64,000 nt of DNA. Source: Opitutales bacterium (lineage in GTDB: Bacteria > Verrucomicrobiota > Verrucomicrobiia > Opitutales > PNEW01). Within the stretch, counting starts at the first letter, position 1. Each line of letters starts with the position of its first letter. The translations under genes and the position numbers were made by a program. The stretch covers positions 2,048,001 through 2,112,000 of the forward strand of contig CBDANS010000007.1 in the NCBI GenBank assembly GCA_965197745.1. The letters are read 5' to 3'. This document shows, in pieces, positions 18,803 to 29,918 of this stretch. The notes under the pieces are model-generated. The model was not told where the DNA came from. It saw only the letters and a list, made by a program, of their open reading frames with translations, and made no database searches.

Positions 18803-21044
18803 ATGCTCTTAAAAAAATCGCTCACGTTTCTCCTTGTCTCACTCTTAACCCCCGTTCTTCTCATCGCCCTGCCTCAAGATCTGGAAATTTTCACGGATTT
18901 CGAAAACGTCAGTGGTGAAGGGACTATCTTCATCGGTGAGGAGCCAAATGTAGTTACGTTGATCGGTTTCACGGTTGAAACTCTAGAGGATCCGGCGCAA
19001 TTACATTCGGGAACAAAGGCGCTCACCCTGGGCCCCGGACAGGAGGGGCAGATCATCTCCAACAGAGGGCTACAGTTTCTTCAATTATACGCGGGTGAAA
19101 CGACAGGCGCGGGCAAAATAGAAGTAAGAGGGATTAAAAATGTCGATTCTTCTCAAGGATCTGATCGTCATATTGAACTCGTCCTCGGCGGTGTTGATGC
19201 TAATGCTATTATCGAAGGACTACCGGCAAATATAAGCCCCGGCGCCAATCCGACTTTATATAGCTGGGTCGGAGACAGCGGCAATTTTTTTTATATAACC
19301 GATCTTGATTTCAATAGCGGGATACAAAACGTTAAGTTTTTTAATGTTACATGTTACGGGAAAACTGGTGATCGATGACCTCGGATTCACCCTGACCGAC
19401 TTCCCCTCAAACAATACTGTTTACGAAACGTTTAGTGCATTTGGCGCAGGTCATGGAGAGTTTGAACCGATAATCCTTGGGACACCGCCAAATACTGCTT
19501 CGATTGAGGGAGGATCTGTTCTGTCTGCATTCTCTCGTACCGGGTGCCCCACCCGATCATTTCCTACTGGATATGGAGTATTTAATGGTGATGAAGCAAC
19601 GATCACATTTGAAACTCCGGCTTATAAAATTGATATGTTCGCAACACAGAGTACACCACCAAAAGATGGAATTTTACCCGATGGGTTTATTGACGTCTAT
19701 GATACAAACGACAACTTACTCGTTACGATTGATAATTTAGAATCTTCTGTTGACCCCCTTTTTAAACCCGGTTCTGTAAATATTAATGCGGATGAATTAG
19801 GATCTCCGGGAGGCATTGGCAGGATTGTCTTGAGAGATCATCCTACTAATTATACTCAAGGTCGTACTTGCATCGATGATTTTGGGTATACCCCGATCGG
19901 CGCACCGGGCACAGGATCCGAAGGCCCCCCACCCGTTGCTGCTCCCGCTATCACAACGCAGCCGGCAAGTCAGGAAATCGCATCCGGTGCTTCAGCTAGC
20001 TTATCCGTTGCCGCCAGCGGTGACGATATTACTTACCAGTGGTTTACCGGTAACAGCGGTGACACCGCTGCTCCTGTCGCCGGGGCTACGAGCAGCACTT
20101 TAACCACCGGCGCTCTCACCGTGAGCACGAACTACTGGGCACAGGTAACGAACGCCGGAGGCAGCGCTGACAGCGATACGGCGGTCGTCACGGTCGCGGC
20201 ACCAGCCGTGCCCCTCGTCCTCGAAGGCTCGGGAGATATCGCCGGTGAAAACATTCAGCACGCCAACGGCAACGTTTTCGATCAGATATTACTCACCGGA
20301 GAGTCCGTCCAACTCCAGGCCAAACCGGGACAGATCACCCGCGTCTCCTTCATGGATGAAAACGAGGACATTGTGCAGGTAGAATTTTCAGGTGTTGGGA
20401 CCTTTACCGTAACCCTCGATCCGGCCACCTTCCTGCCACCGGCTATCCCTCCACGCTACAACCAGGCCGTTGAGTACGTGACGGGTAAACCGAGCGTAGT
20501 CATCGACGGAGCGGACACCAATACCTTCTTCAGTATCTTCACCGTGGGTGGGATCAACGCATTTAACCAGGCGCTGTTCCCCGAAGGACAGGTTTATGAT
20601 GCACAGGCTGACGTTACGTTAGTTGAGATTGTAAATTCCACGGGAATGGGCGGCATACAACTGTCGAACACCGTGTTCAGTGGAAGCACGGGCAAGACCG
20701 GTATCGACGCGCGGGGGGTACCGATCGGGGTACGCTTAACTATAGGTGATATCGATGCCGATGGCGATGCAGTACCGCACATACTCTTTGGCTCTGGCTC
20801 CTTCACCGTGCCAGCCGGTAACCCCGGCTTGCGCATCACCGGAGGAGACCTCTTGCAGACCAACGGCGCCGCCGTTGTCGTCGCGGAGAGCGGATCGACG
20901 ACGACGGGATTCGATACCCTGATCACGCAAAACAATTTTAAATCCGACAACACCCCACAGCCGACACTGAGCATCGACGCAACCTTCGCCAACGAAGACG
21001 GCGATGCGATCGAGGTTGTTCTCGAAGAGATCACTATCGAGTGA
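18803..21044 (+). pseudogene. Secreted/surface Ig-domain protein, paralog 3, frameshifted
   Basis: Tandem duplication ATGTTAC-ATGTTAC at 19344-19357 versus a single copy in paralog 2; both halves are otherwise intact. Confidence 0.85.
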
Positions 21045-21284
21045 TCTCTTCGAGAAGTGTTAGGTGTTAGGTTTTAAGTGTAAGGTGGAGCGGGCTGTCC
21101 CTAGCACGCTTCTTCAGTTGCGACACCTTCTAAACGCGGTAGAGACACCGCGTTCCACCTTATTACTTAACGCGCAAACCTTAACACCTAACACTTAAAA
21201 CGCGCGTCAGCGCTCTCTTACTTATTTCCTGAACCCCGAACCCTGAACCCTGAAATCTGCTACCCTGAGCGCAGTCGAAGGGAA

Positions 21285-22553
21285 TCAAACCAACTCCTGC
21301 ACCGCTACGGGACACCCGTTGTTCTGAATGCTCTTATTAGCTGCTAGCCCCACGAGCACTGCTTGAATACCCTGATCGAGCGGTGCAAACTGATTCAGTG
21401 GATCATCGCCCGCGGCGTCGCCAAAGAGGAACTCGAGCATCTTAGGATCCGCTCCTCCGTGACCGCCCTTAACCTCCCCATGGGTGAGATCGAGCACTTT
21501 GCCCTCGTGCGGGAGAAACAAGGTGACTTTGCGTCCGACTCCGAACGACTCATCATTGACGAGTTGTGTGACGTTCTGCGTTTTTTGTCCTGCGACAAAT
21601 CCCGTGGAGTGCACAGCCCGCATTTCGAGTCTGCCAAGTGTACCCTCAATATCGATTGAGTTACTCTCGTATGCCGCGTAGCTGTTCAGTGAAAAACTCG
21701 CGATGATGCCATTGTTGTAAGCGATCGACGCGCTGAAAGTATCAGGGATATCGATGCGCGGATCAAATACACACCCGTCGCGGATGTATCCGTCTTCACT
21801 TTCCGCTTCACGGTAGAGCATGCGAATCTCCTCTTCCGCAAACATATCCACGTAAAAATTACACTTTTCGGCATGCTCGCAATTTGAGCAACGTTCACCG
21901 CGAAAAGGACCGTGCTTTCCATAAAAGGACTGCCGGCCTAAAGCGGTAACGGTCTCGGGTGTAGAATCCGCCAGCCAGTTGATCAAATCGAAGTGATGGC
22001 TGGCCTTGTGAATCATCAATCCACCGCTATTCTCAATTATGCGATGCCAGCGGCGATAGTAATCGGCCCCATGTAATCTGTCCAGGGTCTCGGCAAAATT
22101 GATGTGCAGCACCTTGCCGATGCGGCCGTCCAGAATCTCGCGCTTGATTACCTCAATGTCAGGCTTGAACCGCATATTGTGGGTCACGCGCCCCTTGGCT
22201 TTGCTTTTTTCAGCAGCACTTCGAATGGCGCGGACATGCTCAGCGGATGTGCAGAGGGGCTTCTCGACAATGGCTTCACAATCATTTTCCAGTGCACCGA
22301 CTACGTACCGGGCATGTGTCGAGTCCTGCGACGTAACGATGACGCCATCCGGTTTTACGGTGCGCATCATCTCATCGAAATTATTGAATGTCGGCACTGC
22401 CGTCCCCACCAGTTGATTGGCCGCATCCATACGCTTGGCATTGGGGTCGTAAAGCCCGACCAGCTCGACCCGGCCCTGGAATCGAGACGAGAGCGGCCCA
22501 AGATAGCTGTGCGTGCACCGCCCACCCGTACCGACTATGACAAAACGTTTCAT
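21285..22553 (-). CDS. Gfo/Idh/MocA family oxidoreductase
   Basis: VGTGGR, EKP, HGADYYRRWHR, HHFDL and GHGGAD motifs. Confidence 0.92.
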   Translation of the reverse strand: MKRFVIVGTGGRCTHSYLGPLSSRFQGRVELVGLYDPNAKRMDAANQLVGTAVPTFNNFDEMMRTVKPDGVIVTSQDSTHARYVVGALENDCEAIVEKPLCTSAEHVRAIRSAAEKSKAKGRVTHNMRFKPDIEVIKREILDGRIGKVLHINFAETLDRLHGADYYRRWHRIIENSGGLMIHKASHHFDLINWLADSTPETVTALGRQSFYGKHGPFRGERCSNCEHAEKCNFYVDMFAEEEIRMLYREAESEDGYIRDGCVFDPRIDIPDTFSASIAYNNGIIASFSLNSYAAYESNSIDIEGTLGRLEMRAVHSTGFVAGQKTQNVTQLVNDESFGVGRKVTLFLPHEGKVLDLTHGEVKGGHGGADPKMLEFLFGDAAGDDPLNQFAPLDQGIQAVLVGLAANKSIQNNGCPVAVQELV

Positions 22554-22568
22554 TTATTTCGCCTTACC

Positions 22569-23621
22569 TTAGAGCGATTTCCTGAAAAACTCCGGAGACT
22601 TGTTCCCACCCCAAGCGTGTCCACCGGGATGAAGATCGAGGTCCAAGTGTTCAGTCGCACCCGCGGCTGAGTAAATTTTCTCTAACTGGTGGTAACACGC
22701 TATGGCGGTATCCACCCTGAAACACATGTCGCGGATGCCGACGTCGATGAGGAGCGGAAGGGGTGCGAGCAATCCCTGCAGATCGGGCAGATCGACAAGC
22801 GCGTAGAGGCCAGGAGCGACCTGCATGCCGCAATAGTTTATGTCGCGCATGCCAAAAGCGGCCCACAAATCGCTATAACAAATGATCTCCGCCGCTTTGA
22901 ACCGATCATCGCACAGCGCGGTCCACAGTGTCATTGTCCCACCGCCGCTCAAGCCCATCACACCCAGGCGGTCGGAATCAACTTCCGGCAAGCTGGAGAC
23001 AAAACTCGTTGTCGCCATGCCAATGCCTACGTTGATCGAAATAGATGTCATGCCAAACATCGTGGAGTGAAGATAATATATATTGCACCAGTCCCGATTA
23101 TGACTGTTGCTCCACCAGTTTGGCTTGGAATCATCGTCCAAATCTGCATTGCCGAGCCAGTCGACGGCGTAAGTCACGAAACCCGCGTGTGCCATTTGAA
23201 GACCGCAATCGTAATTAGTGCTCTCAATATCCGCTTTACGTTCGGGGGTTGAACGGTTGCCCATTACGGATTCCTTGCCGTAGGGGCCGTGACCATGCCA
23301 ACACAAGAGAGCCGGGCGTTGTTCACCCTTCTTCATATCCGTCGGGAAAAAAATCAGCACCGTCGCTGACAGTTTCGGATTTACATCGATGATCCATCTC
23401 TGACCGCGGATTCCGTCTTCCTCCCACTCCAACTTCAATTCCGGATTCGGATCCACGGTTTCAGGGAAAGCGCCCAGGCATTTCATCACTTCCGGTTTGG
23501 CCGTCGCCCTCCACGTTTCGAAGTCACCGGTCCAGTTTTCAAAATGAAACTGTGGTTGATGATCGTCCGCCATACGCACGAACATAGTCTGTGGACTAAG
23601 GTTTCTCTTGGATGATTTCAT
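22569..23621 (-). CDS. Alpha/beta hydrolase (dienelactone hydrolase/acetyl esterase-like)
   Basis: HGHG, GLSGGG nucleophile elbow, GIRD and GGH. Confidence 0.85.
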   Translation of the reverse strand: MKSSKRNLSPQTMFVRMADDHQPQFHFENWTGDFETWRATAKPEVMKCLGAFPETVDPNPELKLEWEEDGIRGQRWIIDVNPKLSATVLIFFPTDMKKGEQRPALLCWHGHGPYGKESVMGNRSTPERKADIESTNYDCGLQMAHAGFVTYAVDWLGNADLDDDSKPNWWSNSHNRDWCNIYYLHSTMFGMTSISINVGIGMATTSFVSSLPEVDSDRLGVMGLSGGGTMTLWTALCDDRFKAAEIICYSDLWAAFGMRDINYCGMQVAPGLYALVDLPDLQGLLAPLPLLIDVGIRDMCFRVDTAIACYHQLEKIYSAAGATEHLDLDLHPGGHAWGGNKSPEFFRKSL

Positions 23622-23975
23622 TTTTTTAAAAAGTAAGTTTCAGAGCTCGCGTTGATTGAGAAGAAATAGCCACAAGATGCACCAGAGACACAAGAAAAAT
23701 TTGTGAAAGATGGAATAAAGAAGCGCGCTGGGAACAGCCGTCGTCCCGCGGTGGCGGGACTATGGCTGGCAAACAAGAAGAGACAAGAATAATTTGAGAA
23801 AGATTATATAATGGAAAAATCTCTTACCTGAACCCCGAACCCTGTATACTCTGAGTTTCTCGATGGGCACCTGCTTAACCTAAATCCAAACACTTACATC
23901 AACGCTCGTTCACTCTTTACTGTTCACTGTTTACTGATTGCACTGATTCCAAACTAAATAAACGGGGATCCTACG

Positions 23976-25568
23976 ATGACAATGAACAAACAGAGCGAAA
24001 GAATAAAGGCCGCGCGGGAGTTGCGCGAACATCTACTGCGAGACAAACACCGCCCGGGTTACCACTTCGCGATTCCTGAGGACATCGGCCGTCCCGGTGA
24101 CGCCAACGGCGCTTTTTACGCTAACGGCCGGTACCATCTCATGTATCTCTATAACCGCAGGGGCGTGCACGCTTGGAAAGATAATGGTTTCTGCTGGGGC
24201 CATATCTCAAGTCACGATCTGGTCCATTGGCGACATCATCCTGATGCCATTGGTCCCGGTGATGGGGACGGTGGGTGCTTCAGCGGCGGTGGTTTCGTCG
24301 ATGACGACGGCACAGCATATCTCTCCTACTGGAGACTCGGCACCACGGTAGACGGTGTCGAGAGAACAGGTATCGGCATCGCGCGTAGCAGTGACAGACA
24401 CTATGAGACCTGGGAGAAGATGGACATACCGAGTCTCGACGGCACCGAGTTTGGCATAATCGAACGCAAAGACGAAAAGGGTAATCCCCAGTATCTGGGC
24501 AACTCTGACCCGAGCAACATCTGGAAGAAAGACGGCGTCTACTACATGGAAGCAGGTAATTTACTGGTCCTGAATAAACTCTGGCGAGATGAGGATTCGC
24601 CGAAACATTACCGCGGCGACTGGGTTGATTTGTTTTCCTCCACTGACCTCAAAAACTGGGAGTTCGTTCACCGCTTTTATCAACGCGACACGGAAAATAA
24701 TTGGACCCAGGAGAGCGAGGATGATATGTGTCCGAGCTATCTCCCCTTACCTTCCTCACCCGAGGGCGGAGAGATGAGCGGTAAGTATCTGCAACTCTTC
24801 ATTTCACATAACTTGGGATGCCAGTACTACATCGGCGATTACGATACGCAGCGCGACCTCTTTATACCTGAAAACCACGGGCGAATGACCTGGGTAGACA
24901 ATACGTTTTTCGCACCCGAAGCGCTCATCGACAGCCAGGGACGACAAATCATGTGGGCGTGGCTCACGGACAACGCACACAAGGAATTAGACGATGCGAT
25001 TAAAGACGGGTGGTGCGGTGTCTACGGACTACCGCGAGTACTCTGGCTCGGGGATGACAACTCACTGCATATCGCACCGGCACAAGAGTTGCAAACGCTG
25101 CGTTACAACAATAAAAGTTTCGATGACCTCACCCTTATCAAAGACTCAGCATTCGAGCTGAAGGGGATTAACGGCCGATCGTGTGAAATTGCCTTCAGCA
25201 TTGACCTTCAGTCTGCACAGCAAGCGGGTATAAGAGTGCGCAGCAGCGCAGGAAATGAAGAGACAACTCTCCTCTACTATGACGCTTCCCTAAAGAAACT
25301 GGTATTTGATTCTACAGTCAGCGGCCCCCTGGGGAGAACGGTTGTTGAAGAAGCGCCATTTGAACTTTCTAAAAATGAGCGTCTTAATCTACGCGTCTTC
25401 ATCGACAATTCGGTGGTTGAGGTATTCGCGAATGACCGACAGGCGATTACCCGACGGGTATATCCAGAAAGGGATGACAGCGATCATGTCCAGTTCTTCT
25501 GCCAGGGGGGTACCGCCTCATTTACTGACATCGAAACGTGGGAAATGATGCCATCGAACGGAAGCTAG
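23976..25568 (+). CDS. Glycoside hydrolase family 32-like protein
   Basis: RPGYHF, DANG, WGHISSHDLVHW, CFSG, LPRVL and C-terminal IDNSVVEVFAND beta-sandwich motif. Confidence 0.88.
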   Translation: MTMNKQSERIKAARELREHLLRDKHRPGYHFAIPEDIGRPGDANGAFYANGRYHLMYLYNRRGVHAWKDNGFCWGHISSHDLVHWRHHPDAIGPGDGDGGCFSGGGFVDDDGTAYLSYWRLGTTVDGVERTGIGIARSSDRHYETWEKMDIPSLDGTEFGIIERKDEKGNPQYLGNSDPSNIWKKDGVYYMEAGNLLVLNKLWRDEDSPKHYRGDWVDLFSSTDLKNWEFVHRFYQRDTENNWTQESEDDMCPSYLPLPSSPEGGEMSGKYLQLFISHNLGCQYYIGDYDTQRDLFIPENHGRMTWVDNTFFAPEALIDSQGRQIMWAWLTDNAHKELDDAIKDGWCGVYGLPRVLWLGDDNSLHIAPAQELQTLRYNNKSFDDLTLIKDSAFELKGINGRSCEIAFSIDLQSAQQAGIRVRSSAGNEETTLLYYDASLKKLVFDSTVSGPLGRTVVEEAPFELSKNERLNLRVFIDNSVVEVFANDRQAITRRVYPERDDSDHVQFFCQGGTASFTDIETWEMMPSNGS

Positions 25569-25658
25569 AGCGCTGACGCGCGTTTTAGGTTTTAAGTGTT
25601 AAGTAAATCCACCTTAGAATCTAAATTTTTAACGGCATCTTACTGTTCACTGATGTTA

Positions 25659-27071
25659 TTAATTCTTAAAACTGAAGGAAAAGAATTTGGATTCTCGCAG
25701 GAGGAATTTCAACTTGATCTCGGCACCTTCGTGTTCCTTCAATGAGAATCCGTCTTTCCACTCAATCTTCGCGTCTGAAACGGTTGTTGTAACCAGCTCG
25801 CCTTCAGCCAATTCTTTATCGTCACTATCGAAAGCCGTGACTTTTACAAAGCCTGACGGTGCAACATCGGCGCTGATGCAGAGCGCACCGGCAACCACGG
25901 AAACAGGCACGGTCGTTATGGATCCGGTCTTGTTACTACCTCCTTCAAACTGTTCGTACCCCGCGAACCCATCCGGCCGCATGTGTGCGAGGCACAAATA
26001 GCCATTACGCCAACCCATAAATCTACCATCGTTTGCACCGTAGTAGAGAATAATCTCGTCCTCACGAATTATTGGCATGGAAGTGAATATGCAACCCCAG
26101 TCGTAATCACCCATGACCGGTCCGTTGGCAATCAGCGGTTTGCCGGGCTGAATCCGGTGCCACTCGATACTATCCGGGCTCCAGGCCAGTTCGCACCACT
26201 GCTTACTGACTGTGATGTCGAACAGGCCAACCATTCCCAAATAGATTCCTGCATGGGGAACAACCGGCATATCGTGGATCTGCATCCGCAGATCGAGCCC
26301 CACAATGGCGAATTCAGGTTTCGACCAATTCAGGAAATCAGAAGACTCGCTTCTTGACTTGCTGCGATGCCCGGTTTGGCCATAGCGGTCCATCGTAGTT
26401 TTTTCCCCACCCCATTGACGCGTGATGACTACATACTTCTCAAGGTTGGTGTCCCACCAGAGACCCTGGTTGGTATCACCCCAGCCGATAGCCCCGACAT
26501 TATGTTGTTCACCCCAGTGGATGCCATCAGACGAAAACCAAGCCGCGCTCTCCTCCTGTTCCGGGTGTAAAGCTTTGTAGCGTTTCTCGGGATCGGTTTC
26601 ATGCAGATCTTTGATGACTATTACACCATGAGTATATTCGATAACGATGTTGTTATCCTTGCTGCCGTCATAATCGATCAGTCCCAGTTCCGGTTTTTTC
26701 CAGTGTAGACCATCTTTGGAAGTGGCGTAGCACACACCGTAACTGCGGTGCCCCTCTCGCCAATCGACCCAGGCCCGTTCTTCATTTGGCAGTCCCTCTC
26801 CCGGAAAACCCTCCCTCGGGGCGGACTTAATAAAAATACTGTACCAGCATTTGTAGATATTTTCTTCCTCATCATAGATGACACTGCTATAGGGATTGTC
26901 GAATCGTGGTTCCCATGGCTTGTCTTCTTTGAAGAGTGGATTGCTTTTCTCCTTCTGTACCACACCGACCGTCAACTCCACATTGTCTTTCGATTCGATG
27001 ATTCGAGAATCCAGAACAAGGTAGCGGTCACGTTTTGTGAATGAATTGATTTTATCGTTTTTTGCGTTCAT
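25659..27071 (-). CDS. Putative five-bladed beta-propeller glycosidase-like protein
   Basis: YATSKDGLHW.KPELG, SSDGIHW, SPDSIEW and RPDGF motifs; homologous to 34617-36515. Confidence 0.7.
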   Translation of the reverse strand: MNAKNDKINSFTKRDRYLVLDSRIIESKDNVELTVGVVQKEKSNPLFKEDKPWEPRFDNPYSSVIYDEEENIYKCWYSIFIKSAPREGFPGEGLPNEERAWVDWREGHRSYGVCYATSKDGLHWKKPELGLIDYDGSKDNNIVIEYTHGVIVIKDLHETDPEKRYKALHPEQEESAAWFSSDGIHWGEQHNVGAIGWGDTNQGLWWDTNLEKYVVITRQWGGEKTTMDRYGQTGHRSKSRSESSDFLNWSKPEFAIVGLDLRMQIHDMPVVPHAGIYLGMVGLFDITVSKQWCELAWSPDSIEWHRIQPGKPLIANGPVMGDYDWGCIFTSMPIIREDEIILYYGANDGRFMGWRNGYLCLAHMRPDGFAGYEQFEGGSNKTGSITTVPVSVVAGALCISADVAPSGFVKVTAFDSDDKELAEGELVTTTVSDAKIEWKDGFSLKEHEGAEIKLKFLLRESKFFSFSFKN

Positions 27072-27217
27072 AAATAGATTACGCCATGGAGGACATAGGT
27101 CTCGGAGGTGTCAAGCATCTGTGTTTGTAATTTGACATTGTCACTCCATAGCGAAGACAATTGCGTTAGCCTGATGGCTATTCTAACGAGCTCGAAATCA
27201 GAAAACAGGAACTAATC

Positions 27218-27481
27218 ATGGAATCTACAATCAAAAGCGGGAAGCACCTTTCCCAAAATGAAAATATCAGCGAATCGACTTTTGATGATGTCAACCTGTC
27301 AAACAGCGTTTTCAAAAACGCAAACATGTCACATGTCCGCTTCAATGACATCAATCTTTCCCATGCTGTCTTTGACGATATAAATTTCAGCAACGCTAAG
27401 ATTTCGAATGCGAATTACGAAGGGATGACAATCGAAGGTATTCTCGTGACCGATCTTCTGAAAGAATTTAAGACGAAATAG
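27218..27481 (+). CDS. Pentapeptide repeat protein
   Basis: Repeating F-x-x-x-N-L/M-S pattern and a GMTIEGILVTDLL tail; RBS AGGA. Confidence 0.85.
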   Translation: MESTIKSGKHLSQNENISESTFDDVNLSNSVFKNANMSHVRFNDINLSHAVFDDINFSNAKISNANYEGMTIEGILVTDLLKEFKTK

Positions 27482-27508
27482 ACTTAACTGCGTGGTATAA
27501 GTTCTAAA

Positions 27509-28831
27509 ATGGTAAGTGTAAATATGGCATTACCGAATATTCTCTTCATGACGAGCCACGACATCGGGGACTGGCTTGGGTGCTACGGACATGAGACCGT
27601 GCACACGCCGAACCTGGATGCGCTGGCAGCGAGGGGTTGCCGTTTTGATCACAACTTTTGCACCAGCCCGATCTGTGCGCCGAGCCGGGGCGCGATGATG
27701 ACGAGTAGATATCCCCAGACTAACGGCATCATGGGAAACATTCAGACCCCCTATCGCTGGCGCTATAACAAGGGTGAACGCCATATCTCCCATCTGATTG
27801 GTGAACAGGGTTACTACCCTGTACTCTTTAATTTTCAGCACGAAGCGCAATTCGACAACCCACTCGGCTTTCGCGAACGCCGGGTGGTAGACACTGGTTC
27901 AAAGAAACTACTGACGGGAGAACATGTCTCCACGGCAGACGAAACAGCTAATGAGCTCGTCAAGTTTTTCGGGGAATACGATAGAGACGGCATCCCTTTC
28001 TACGCGCAGGTCGGATTCTTTGAGACTCACACTCCCTATGACTTTGGGGGCGCGCAGCCAGACGACAGTCTTGGTATCGGCACACCGCCCTATATAGCGG
28101 ACGAGGGGAAAGAAAGACAGCACATCGCCGGGCTACAAGGGTCGATCCGGAGCCTGGACGCAGCCATCGGAAAGATCCTTCAAGCACTCTCAGAAACGGG
28201 ACTGGATCAGAATACGATCGTCATCTTTGTAGCAGACCACGGCGTTGAGCTTCCCCACTGCAAATGTCATCTTTACGATAGCGGTATTCGCACGGCTCTT
28301 CTGATGCAATTACCCCCGAGCCTTCCCCAGGGAGGTAGTGTCTGCGACTGGCTGATCAGCAACATCGATGTGCTACCCACCCTGTTTGATCTGCTCAATT
28401 TGCCGTGTCCGGATAACGTGCAGGGACTGAGCTTTGCCGAATTCTTCCGCAACGAGCAAGCAGTTCAAACACGTGATGCAGTTTATGCTATGATGCAAGC
28501 CGATGCAATGTTCGTCGAGTCGCGTTGTGTCCGCACAAACCAATACAAGCTCATCCGGAATTTTTCTCCAAGCCGTCTTCCGGATGTGCCCTTTCGACTC
28601 GGTCAGGGAGGATTGCAGGAACGCCCGGTGATGGAGCTCTATGACCTGCATGAAGATCCTCATGAGCTGAACAACCTCGGAATGGATACCCAACTGGAAA
28701 AGGTGCGCGAGGATCTCAACGGGCGACTTTTGCGTTGGCTCAAAGAGGTGAAGGACCCTATTCTCCAGGGGCCACCCCCCACTGCCTACTATCGTATGGC
28801 AATCGCCGATCTGACGACGGGCAAAACATAA
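27509..28831 (+). CDS. Formylglycine-dependent sulfatase (sulfamidase-like)
   Basis: PNILFMTSHD, CAPSR, ADHG and ELYDL motifs; alternative start at 27524. Confidence 0.93.
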   Translation: MVSVNMALPNILFMTSHDIGDWLGCYGHETVHTPNLDALAARGCRFDHNFCTSPICAPSRGAMMTSRYPQTNGIMGNIQTPYRWRYNKGERHISHLIGEQGYYPVLFNFQHEAQFDNPLGFRERRVVDTGSKKLLTGEHVSTADETANELVKFFGEYDRDGIPFYAQVGFFETHTPYDFGGAQPDDSLGIGTPPYIADEGKERQHIAGLQGSIRSLDAAIGKILQALSETGLDQNTIVIFVADHGVELPHCKCHLYDSGIRTALLMQLPPSLPQGGSVCDWLISNIDVLPTLFDLLNLPCPDNVQGLSFAEFFRNEQAVQTRDAVYAMMQADAMFVESRCVRTNQYKLIRNFSPSRLPDVPFRLGQGGLQERPVMELYDLHEDPHELNNLGMDTQLEKVREDLNGRLLRWLKEVKDPILQGPPPTAYYRMAIADLTTGKT

Positions 28832-29243
28832 TTCTAGTCGGCCATTTTTTGCTATAGCGAAATCTATTATCAGCCAATAAGTTGGAACACGCTGTCCCTA
28901 GCGCGTTGTGATAAGTAATAGAAAAGAAGCGTGCTAGAGACAGCCCGCTCCACCTAAAACTTAACACACTCAATAACGTCTTCACTTGTTCATTGTTCAC
29001 TGATTCCCTGAGCATCAGGGGATACTGTCCGAATTAGTTATCGCGAGCTTTCTCCACTGACAGGAACGCATCAACTTTAGCGCGTAAGCGCCTCACATCG
29101 TGACATGAGCAACGTCATTGATCAGATTTCAATTTTCATCCGGATCGTTATTCAAATCGAAATCTGCTCGCTCCCTAACGATAGCATGATTTGAAATATT
29201 ATTTGACATCATTTTATCCGTAATCAACAAGGAGTGATTCATT

Positions 29244-29873
29244 ATGCGCGCCCTGGTACTCTGTGATGATTCCGCTCACCCAGCTGCTCTTACTCGCGAG
29301 GGGTTGGGCGCTTTAGGTGATAGCGACCACGAGTTTGAATGGCTCGAAGACCCCGCACAATGGTCGGCAGAGCGGATGAACAATTTCCCTCTCACCATTT
29401 TTTCTAAAGCCAACAATACCTCCGGGTCAGACCCTGCTCCATGGGCCGATAAAGCCATTGGACAAGCCTTTGTTAATTACGTGGCTCAGGGAAACAGTGT
29501 CCTCTTTCTCCATTCGGGAACAGCCTTATACGGTGAGGTGCCATCGCTCTGCAATTTAATGGGCGGCAGCTTTGTCGGGCATCCTCCCCAATGTCCGGTT
29601 ACCGTGGAGATGCTGGAGGGTCATCCCCTTGCCAAGGGCAGTTCTCCTTTCACCCTCAAAGATGAACATTACCAGATGGAGATGCACGACTCCAATGTTG
29701 ACCTCTTCCTGCACACCACCTCTGAACACGGTAGACAACCAGCCGGTTGGACGCGAACCGAGGGCAAAGGGCGTGTCTGCGTCCTGACCCCCGGACACAA
29801 TCTGGCCATCTGGCATCACCCTTCTTATCAGGTAATATTACGCAACAGCTTGAATTGGTGCGTAAAAGCCTGA
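29244..29873 (+). CDS. ThuA (trehalose utilization) domain protein
   Basis: FLHSG, GGSFVGHP, DEHY and GKGRVCVLTPGH motifs. Confidence 0.85.
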   Translation: MRALVLCDDSAHPAALTREGLGALGDSDHEFEWLEDPAQWSAERMNNFPLTIFSKANNTSGSDPAPWADKAIGQAFVNYVAQGNSVLFLHSGTALYGEVPSLCNLMGGSFVGHPPQCPVTVEMLEGHPLAKGSSPFTLKDEHYQMEMHDSNVDLFLHTTSEHGRQPAGWTRTEGKGRVCVLTPGHNLAIWHHPSYQVILRNSLNWCVKA

Positions 29874-29918
29874 CAAATTGACAGACCTCGCACTGACGCC
29901 CGCAAGGAGCCCAAACCC

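Noticed and set aside
14932..21034. Three similar minus-strand ORFs (MLSDLKLF...)
   Set aside because: They are antisense shadows of the conserved tails of the Ig-protein paralogs.
6168..21044. Diversity-generating retroelement (Avd-like four-helix bundle plus variable proteins)
   Set aside because: No reverse transcriptase or template repeat is present; paralog differences include indels and are not adenine-specific.
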